A DNA stretch of 64,000 nt from the IMG/VR virus record IMGVR_UViG_3300045988_145627, positions 22,146 through 86,145 of that record; one strand, written 5' to 3'. Source of the DNA: a virus. Taxonomy: Duplodnaviria; Heunggongvirae; Uroviricota; Caudoviricetes. Both the position numbers and the translations under genes were made by a program. Each line of letters begins with the position of its first letter. Position 1 is the stretch's first letter. Below, in pieces: positions 58,544-64,000 of the stretch. The notes beneath the pieces were generated by a model. The model made no database searches, had not been told where the DNA came from, and saw nothing but the letters and a program-made list of their open reading frames with translations.

Positions 58544-59125
58544 TAGATAAGTACAAACTATTCATAAAGTGAATTGTAAGTGCTAAGATATGATAGTTTC
58601 CAGTCGTAGACTGGAGGCTCGACCTGATGGGTGGGGGTAAGCGTCACTGGCGTCAGGTTTAAAAAAGCTCACTACCAGCGTAGAACCGGTGCCGTATAGG
58701 TGTCGGGGAAGGGGGAACCAAAGTGAGCAGAGACAAGGGTCACTTTATGATTGTCGAGTCTGGGGTGTTTCGAGAGGTTGAATCCAGTACTCCCCTTCAT
58801 AAAGTGTGGGAAGATCTCGGTTCTGGGGTGCTGTCATCCATAACTTCCCAAGTCTAAGCTGGCAGTAGACTTAGACCATAGCTTTTCAGGTTATGAAACG
58901 ACCAGGTTGGTGAGGAATTTTATACTCACCTCCCTGGGAGAGTATTACCTGAAAAGACAACCTCTCACTTCGTTCGAGGTGAACTTCACTCACTTCGTTC
59001 GTTCAGTTCAGGTTTATAAAAACCTGTTCTGGGAAGTAATTTGTTTATTTTAATAATTATTAACACGCACGCGTGTGCGCACGCGCGAGGAAAAAATCGG
59101 CGCGGCGCTTGATTCAGGAGTTTAT

Positions 59126-59719
59126 ATGACGACGAAGACACCAGCCCGATCGCAAGCAAAAACTCGCAAAAAAGCCAAAAACAAAAATTCTCCCCGCACC
59201 AATCCCACAACGCCTGTCGTAGAGTTCAATCCCCAGCTCAAAACCGTGAAAATCTTTAGTGATGGCTCTTGCCTTAAAAATCCGGGTGGCCCGGGCGGTT
59301 ACGGTATCGTTCTCCAGTATCGTGGTGAGGAACGCGAGTTCTCAGATGGTTTTCATAGCACCACCAATAACCGCATGGAGATGATGGGCGCACTTATCGG
59401 GCTGGAGCGTTTGAAATATCCATGCAACGTTATTTTGTACTCTGATAGCCAGTATCTGAAAAACGGCATGACACAGTGGATGAAATGGTGGAAACGTAAT
59501 GGATGGATGACTTCTGATAAAAAACCGGTAAAGAATGTTGATCTGTGGAAACGTCTGGATGAGGCCGCAAGTCGACATAATGTTCGCTGGAAGTGGGTTA
59601 AAGGTCACGCCGGGCATCGTGAAAATGAAATATGTGATCGACTCGCGAAGATCGCAGCTTTTTCAGCAGCAGATATGCCTCACAAGAAAGATATTGGTTT
59701 TGTTTATAACAAGTGGTAA
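59126..59719 (+). CDS. rnhA: Ribonuclease HI
   Basis: [74 protein letters not shown] closely match E. coli RNase HI as I recall it; start placed at the ATG with AGGAG SD (ORF-track frame begins at GTG 59075). Confidence 0.85.
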   Translation: MTTKTPARSQAKTRKKAKNKNSPRTNPTTPVVEFNPQLKTVKIFSDGSCLKNPGGPGGYGIVLQYRGEEREFSDGFHSTTNNRMEMMGALIGLERLKYPCNVILYSDSQYLKNGMTQWMKWWKRNGWMTSDKKPVKNVDLWKRLDEAASRHNVRWKWVKGHAGHRENEICDRLAKIAAFSAADMPHKKDIGFVYNKW

Positions 59720-59864
59720 GTAAGTGTTTACCTATCATTTTAAATCATGTATCTTATCAGCGTCAGGATGACAATGTGTCGGTAAGACACAGTTCCAGGA
59801 TGGAACGAGAAAGGCGGCTGGCAATCGCCAGCCGCAACTCTTTCTGACATTGGATGGAGTCCAC

Positions 59865-60359
59865 ATGGCACGTCAAACCTATTTCACTTCTGCAACTAAA
59901 CGTCCTCGTTCTTTACGTCAAATTTTGGCCGAATTGTTTAGCGGTCGTGTTATGTCACGTCTTGATGAACTAGAGACTACCGTTCGGTTGCTGAATGAAC
60001 GTTTAGATAATCAAGCGTCAGTTGTTGCGAACGTGGGGGCGATTGTTGCCTCTGGTTCTTCACGCGAAGCGAAAAGTACACGGCCTTTAGTGAAGGAGAA
60101 AAACAACAAGGACAGTTCGAATGGAAAATTTTCAAAGAAAGAGGCTGAAACCAATGGCCTACGTTCTCATTATAGTTTTACTGGCGACGGTAGCCGTTCC
60201 AGCCGGCCAGAGCCTTTTGATGCCGGGTTCATCCATCACCACACCTCCGTCGACGACAATTACCACCACTACAGTAGAGCGTCCTGTCACTCTGGATGGG
60301 ATGACGGTGGATGCGATACCTCAAGTTCATCCGGTTACTCAGGATCATGCTGTGACTAA
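59865..60359 (+). CDS. Hypothetical protein; C-terminal third looks non-protein-like and overlaps an alternative frame
   Basis: N-terminal ~90 aa plausible (coiled-coil LDELETTVRLLNERLDNQ); overlapping +1-frame ORF 60121-60372 encodes signal-peptide-like MAYVLIIVLLATVAVPAGQS plus Thr/Pro-rich segment. Confidence 0.3.
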   Translation: MARQTYFTSATKRPRSLRQILAELFSGRVMSRLDELETTVRLLNERLDNQASVVANVGAIVASGSSREAKSTRPLVKEKNNKDSSNGKFSKKEAETNGLRSHYSFTGDGSRSSRPEPFDAGFIHHHTSVDDNYHHYSRASCHSGWDDGGCDTSSSSGYSGSCCD

Positions 60360-60368
60360 GGCGGTTGT

Positions 60369-60557
60369 ATGAACTGGTTTTCAAATCACTTTGGAAAAAT
60401 TTGGCTGGCAATTCTTGCCCTCATGGCCGCCGGTTGGGTATCGAACATTATAAAACTTGTTTGCTCTGGCGATCTCCAGTTTCAGGCTGGCATGACCTTG
60501 GCTCGTGTAGTTGGGATTTTTGTTTTTCCAGTCGGTTCGGTACTTGGTTATTTCTGA
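60369..60557 (+). CDS. Hypothetical small membrane protein (62 aa)
   Basis: Two hydrophobic segments (IWLAILALMAAGWV; VVGIFVFPVGSVLGYF). Confidence 0.3.
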   Translation: MNWFSNHFGKIWLAILALMAAGWVSNIIKLVCSGDLQFQAGMTLARVVGIFVFPVGSVLGYF

Positions 60558-60650
60558 CGGTTGTTAGTGCATATGCATTGACCGTCTTTTCGTAAGCAAT
60601 TCATGTAACTAGAAAACAACTTGTTTTAACAAATAACAAAAGGAAAGCAC

Positions 60651-61076
60651 ATGTTAGGTTTATTCAAAAAGAAAACTCGTAAAGCTGTTATCGAGGTCAA
60701 AAAAATGGAGAACCGAGATGCGGTTGAAGCCACCGTGTGGGGCGCGTACATGATCTCCTATGCCGATGGCACATGCGACGCAAAGGAAATTTCCATTCTT
60801 GAGAAAACAATTGCAGCTCTGCCTGCGTTTTCTCCGTTTGCTGGTGAGATTGCCCAAATGAGCGCCAATATCCGTGCTCAATACGAAGCCTCACCGCGCC
60901 GCGCTAATGCCCAGGCTTTACGTGAGCTGGCTGATGTGGCCGGGACTAATGATGCAGTAGATGTACTGTGTCTGTGCCTTGATATTGCCGACCAAGACGG
61001 TATTGGCGAACAAGAAGAGCTGGCACTGAAAAAGATCGCACAGGCGCTTCAGTTGTCACTGGATGCTTATCTCTAA
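60651..61076 (+). CDS. TerB-like (tellurite-resistance TerB fold) protein candidate
   Basis: 141 aa with two halves each carrying an ADG/DQDG..EE..L..I pattern (MISYADGTCDAKEISILEKTI; LDIADQDGIGEQEELALKKIA); AACAACTTGTTTT box upstream. Confidence 0.45.
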   Translation: MLGLFKKKTRKAVIEVKKMENRDAVEATVWGAYMISYADGTCDAKEISILEKTIAALPAFSPFAGEIAQMSANIRAQYEASPRRANAQALRELADVAGTNDAVDVLCLCLDIADQDGIGEQEELALKKIAQALQLSLDAYL

Positions 61077-61234
61077 TGCTTGAGAGATTCCGGCTTGTGA
61101 CCGTCATTGCTCTTCTGGTGATGGCGGTGTTGGTGGATTTTACGGGAAAGATGATGTCTGTCATTTCTGATGGCGTCCTCATTGGTCTGGCGATCTACTT
61201 CGCTTATCCGCTAGTCCGTAAAGCAACGTGTTAA
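61076..61234 (+). CDS. Possible small membrane protein (~52 aa) overlapping the TerB-like stop (TAATG)
   Basis: Translation MLERFRLVTVIALLVMAVLVDF..VLIGLAIYFAYPLV; below ORF-track cut-off; followed by a terminator. Confidence 0.3.
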   Translation: MLERFRLVTVIALLVMAVLVDFTGKMMSVISDGVLIGLAIYFAYPLVRKATC

Positions 61235-61236
61235 TG

Positions 61237-61265
61237 ACAAGGGCCAAATGGCCCTTGTGTTTCGT
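61237..61265 (+). terminator. Rho-independent terminator (acaagggccaaatggcccttgt + T-rich)
   Basis: Hairpin followed by gtttcgttg. Confidence 0.6.
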
Positions 61266-61373
61266 TGACCGAAATAGAGAGTTTGCACCTTTACGTTTAG
61301 CTTGCTCCCCTTTTATGCCACATCACAATAAAGCCAATAAGAAAACAACTTGTTTAAGCATTAGGAAAAACAC

Positions 61374-61943
61374 ATGTGCAAGAAATGCAAAGCGATAGCT
61401 GATGAACAAAACGCCTTATTCGAAGAAATGGATGCTAATGAACTGGTCAAAATGTTAGCCATTCTTCGAGGAATAGAAGACGTTTCCATATTTGAGAGAG
61501 TGGTTACAGCACTTAATTTTGAGTCCACCTTTGAAGAGCCAACTCAGGTTGTAGCTTTAGCACATCATTTCGGTGTTCATTATCTTGCTGAAAAAGAGCG
61601 CGCTGATAAGTTGCAGGCGACTTTGGATATGGTGAGCGAGACTCAACGAACTGATGACACTAACAAGAGTGAGGCGATTATTGCCAGCAAAGATCGTGAA
61701 ATTGCTGGGCTTAAATCCTCTCTAACGATGTTGATGTCTGCGTTCAATCTTATGTCTTCTCAGGCGGGTTATAAAATGCCATCACTAAACAGCGATGATC
61801 CGATGGCCGTTCGTCAGCTTTTGGGAGCAATGGCCGACCAACTCGACGACACAAAGAGTCGGCTTGAAGACATGATGCGTGAGTTAAGCCATCGACATAA
61901 CCTCGCAACACAGCCACACAAAGCCTTTCAAAGCTCTAATTGA
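61374..61943 (+). CDS. Hypothetical protein (189 aa)
   Basis: ORF with AACAACTTGTTTAA box and conserved AGGAAAAACACATG start context. Confidence 0.45.
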   Translation: MCKKCKAIADEQNALFEEMDANELVKMLAILRGIEDVSIFERVVTALNFESTFEEPTQVVALAHHFGVHYLAEKERADKLQATLDMVSETQRTDDTNKSEAIIASKDREIAGLKSSLTMLMSAFNLMSSQAGYKMPSLNSDDPMAVRQLLGAMADQLDDTKSRLEDMMRELSHRHNLATQPHKAFQSSN

Positions 61944-61947
61944 TCTG

Positions 61948-61977
61948 ATATGGCCGCATGATCGGCCATATTGTGTT
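61948..61977 (+). terminator. Hairpin terminator (atatggccgcatgatcggccatat)
   Basis: 9-bp inverted repeat followed by a T/G-rich tract. Confidence 0.5.
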
Positions 61978-61998
61978 GATAAAAAACAAGGATGAAAA

Positions 61999-62280
61999 AT
62001 GGCATACGGTACAGGGATTTACAACAATAAAGGAATTAACGTTACTGGCTTCCTTACACCTATTTTTTTTCTTGATCGATTTACGGCGTCATCAGGCTCT
62101 AAGACGTACTCTAATCCGCCATCGGGTAAATCACTTCATGCCGTGTGGTCATTGATGCCTCTTAACAACGACAACTACATCAATTTACCTGTTCCAAAAG
62201 TTACTATTAATGGAAATACGGTTAGTTGGTCAAATTTATATACGGGGCTTGGTTCTTACATATACACATATTGGGGATAA
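61999..62280 (+). CDS. Hypothetical protein (93 aa), Gly/Asn/Tyr/Thr-rich
   Basis: ORF immediately upstream of a second gene of similar composition. Confidence 0.35.
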   Translation: MAYGTGIYNNKGINVTGFLTPIFFLDRFTASSGSKTYSNPPSGKSLHAVWSLMPLNNDNYINLPVPKVTINGNTVSWSNLYTGLGSYIYTYWG

Positions 62281-62282
62281 TT

Positions 62283-62897
62283 ATGTTCGGGATGTCAATT
62301 ACTCAATCAGATGGAAGTTTGTGGATGAGTCCAGAATTTACTCCGCAAAATCTGATTAATAAAGGGACAATGTCTGCATCTAAAGGTTCTGTTTTTAAAA
62401 CATCAATCCCATCAAACAAATCATGCTTTTTCTTCATAAAAAGCAGTAATAAGGCGAACATGATGTTTATTCATGAACATAGTAACGGATACAATGCTCT
62501 CAGATTGCATCAGGTAAATGGTAGCCCCGGAACAATAACAGTTTATGCTTTTTCTGATATGGTGTTACCACATTCTGGCTATGGCATTGCCATGTATAAC
62601 AGCGCAGGCGCAATGGTGTATCACGGTGAGATGATGCCCCTTGATGCGAAACTTATCACTATTTCGGACCCTCAATTTACCATAGATGTGGGGTATCCGT
62701 GTGCGGTAATGCCTGCTATGGTTGGGGTTTATAACTATAGACGAACCGATTACGACAGACCTGTCTATGTAACTATGACCGGTGCAACTGGAAACCAAGT
62801 ATATAACGGTCAATGGTATTCCGGTAATGTCACATGGGATATTAAGAAGATTTATACAAACAAAATCCTGGTTATAAATACCTCAAAGTATGATTAG
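62283..62897 (+). CDS. Hypothetical protein (~204 aa), Gly/Asn/Tyr-rich
   Basis: Start placed at the ATG 2 nt after the upstream stop (ORF-track frame starts at 62226); composition suggests a beta-rich structural or receptor-binding type protein. Confidence 0.4.
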   Translation: MFGMSITQSDGSLWMSPEFTPQNLINKGTMSASKGSVFKTSIPSNKSCFFFIKSSNKANMMFIHEHSNGYNALRLHQVNGSPGTITVYAFSDMVLPHSGYGIAMYNSAGAMVYHGEMMPLDAKLITISDPQFTIDVGYPCAVMPAMVGVYNYRRTDYDRPVYVTMTGATGNQVYNGQWYSGNVTWDIKKIYTNKILVINTSKYD

Positions 62898-63000
62898 CAA
62901 ATACCTTTATTTAAAGGATTGCCTGTTAATTTCTATTTAGCACCTTTTCATTTTTGAAATAATTGCACTATTAAACAAATCTTTTCTTAATGGTGCAATT

Positions 63001-63477
63001 ATGAATACAGCTCTTTCCATCATCGACGATACCAACTCAAACACTGCTATCGATTATCGTCAGGAAATGAACGTCATCCACGAAATCGTAGCCGAGTGCG
63101 AGAAAGAGATCGCCTTCATGTATCAGGTTCACGACTTCGTTTATGGCGACGAACGCCACAACATGATTAATCGCCTGCTGCAACTGAACCATCGACCAGA
63201 TGAAGAACGCTCACGTTTGAATCGAGCTTGGCTGGATAAAGTCGATCTGGAATGGGTGAAACAGAATATTTGGGCCGAGTACTGGAGGAAGGTCACGGAT
63301 ATGACTAACGTTTTGCTGATCATGCCAGCTTCCCGTCGCGACGAGTGGCGTGAGCAATTTATCGAGGGCAAGCAGGAAGTCATCAAAACTGACAGAACCG
63401 GCTATCAGATGAAGGTTAAAGAGTTCGTTGGTGTACCGGAGTTCAAAGTGGATACAGACATCCCTACGATGGCTTGA
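63001..63477 (+). CDS. Hypothetical protein (158 aa)
   Basis: ORF; no motif. Confidence 0.4.
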   Translation: MNTALSIIDDTNSNTAIDYRQEMNVIHEIVAECEKEIAFMYQVHDFVYGDERHNMINRLLQLNHRPDEERSRLNRAWLDKVDLEWVKQNIWAEYWRKVTDMTNVLLIMPASRRDEWREQFIEGKQEVIKTDRTGYQMKVKEFVGVPEFKVDTDIPTMA

Positions 63478-63535
63478 TCTGACAGCTATCTGCAATTTGC
63501 ACAGATATCTGCCAGATCTGGTTCAGATTAATACA

Positions 63536-64000
63536 CTATATCTGCCCACCTACTCCTTTGAACTTTTCAATAAACGTGACGATTTTCTGGAAAACCGTCT
63601 GTTTTTTCGTTTTATATTGCGGGTTTAACGGACTAAGTTTTGGTAATGTCTCGTTTAATTCTGTGCCATTTTCGGTGGCGTATTCGCGTTTTAAAGACGT
63701 GCGAATATAGCGTTTCGCCGCCTCTTCATTGAGATTTTCTTCTTTAATCAACGCTTCTGCTTCACGTAGCTGTTCGTGTTGAGCAAAGGTAAAGAACGCG
63801 TCAATGATGCTGGCTTTGTCTGGTAAATCATCCAGGTTCGTTTGCTGAATAAAATCGACCACCAGGCCCTCTTTCGCCCGGTTCCCCAGGCTTGAACGAA
63901 TTAAGCGTTTGACCTCTTCGATCATTTCGCCCTTACCTTTGTTTTGTCTGTTGTGTTCGAAAATCAGTCCAAGGATATAATCCAGGTTTATTTCCTGAGA
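63536..64000 (-). CDS. Hypothetical protein, C-terminal part; reverse-strand gene whose 5' end lies beyond the window end
   Basis: Reverse frame stays open from 63925 up to nt 64000 with no stop; helical Glu/Lys-rich C-terminus; function not assignable from this fragment. Confidence 0.4.
   Translation of the reverse strand, partial: SQEINLDYILGLIFEHNRQNKGKGEMIEEVKRLIRSSLGNRAKEGLVVDFIQQTNLDDLPDKASIIDAFFTFAQHEQLREAEALIKEENLNEEAAKRYIRTSLKREYATENGTELNETLPKLSPLNPQYKTKKQTVFQKIVTFIEKFKGVGGQI

Overview
This 64 kb window reads as part of a phage-plasmid: a tailed-phage genome that also carries a plasmid-type replicon, resembling the SSU5/pHCM2-like group (family assignment is from memory of gene content, not a search). 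It is gene-dense and mostly + strand. In order: 3' end of a J-like tail fibre gene and a lambda Stf-like side tail fibre with tandem coding repeats (1-6632); a lysis cassette with holin-like gene, putative endolysin and overlapped Rz/Rz1-type spanins (6823-8268); a ParA/ribbon-helix-helix partition operon (9743-10770); a large nucleotide-metabolism and replication block (DnaB-like helicase, primase, ATP-dependent ligase, NrdH, CobT/CobS-like vWA + AAA pair, DnaE, gp32-like SSB, 5'-3' exonuclease, RecA, SbcCD, RuvC-like resolvase, NrdAB, ThyA, DHFR, P-loop kinase, DnaQ-like exonuclease, Dam-like methyltransferase, RNase HI); an iteron-flanked repA replicon (40537-42284); and a tRNA / tyrosine-recombinase / HTH-regulator module (20834-25286). 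The most interesting candidates for undescribed biology are three low-GC insertions: a lone reverse-strand nuclease-like gene inside the replication block (32697-33695), a membrane-anchored 444-aa gene beside the tRNAs (21404-22738), and an overlapping pair of membrane-protein genes after the partition operon (10822-11989). Two families of dispersed palindromic motifs, a repeated recombinase-site-like sequence and a ~580-bp ORF-free region upstream of RNase H are also notable. All product calls rest on motif recognition by eye; no database search was run, and hand-derived coordinates (motifs, terminators, revised starts) may be off by 1-2 nt.
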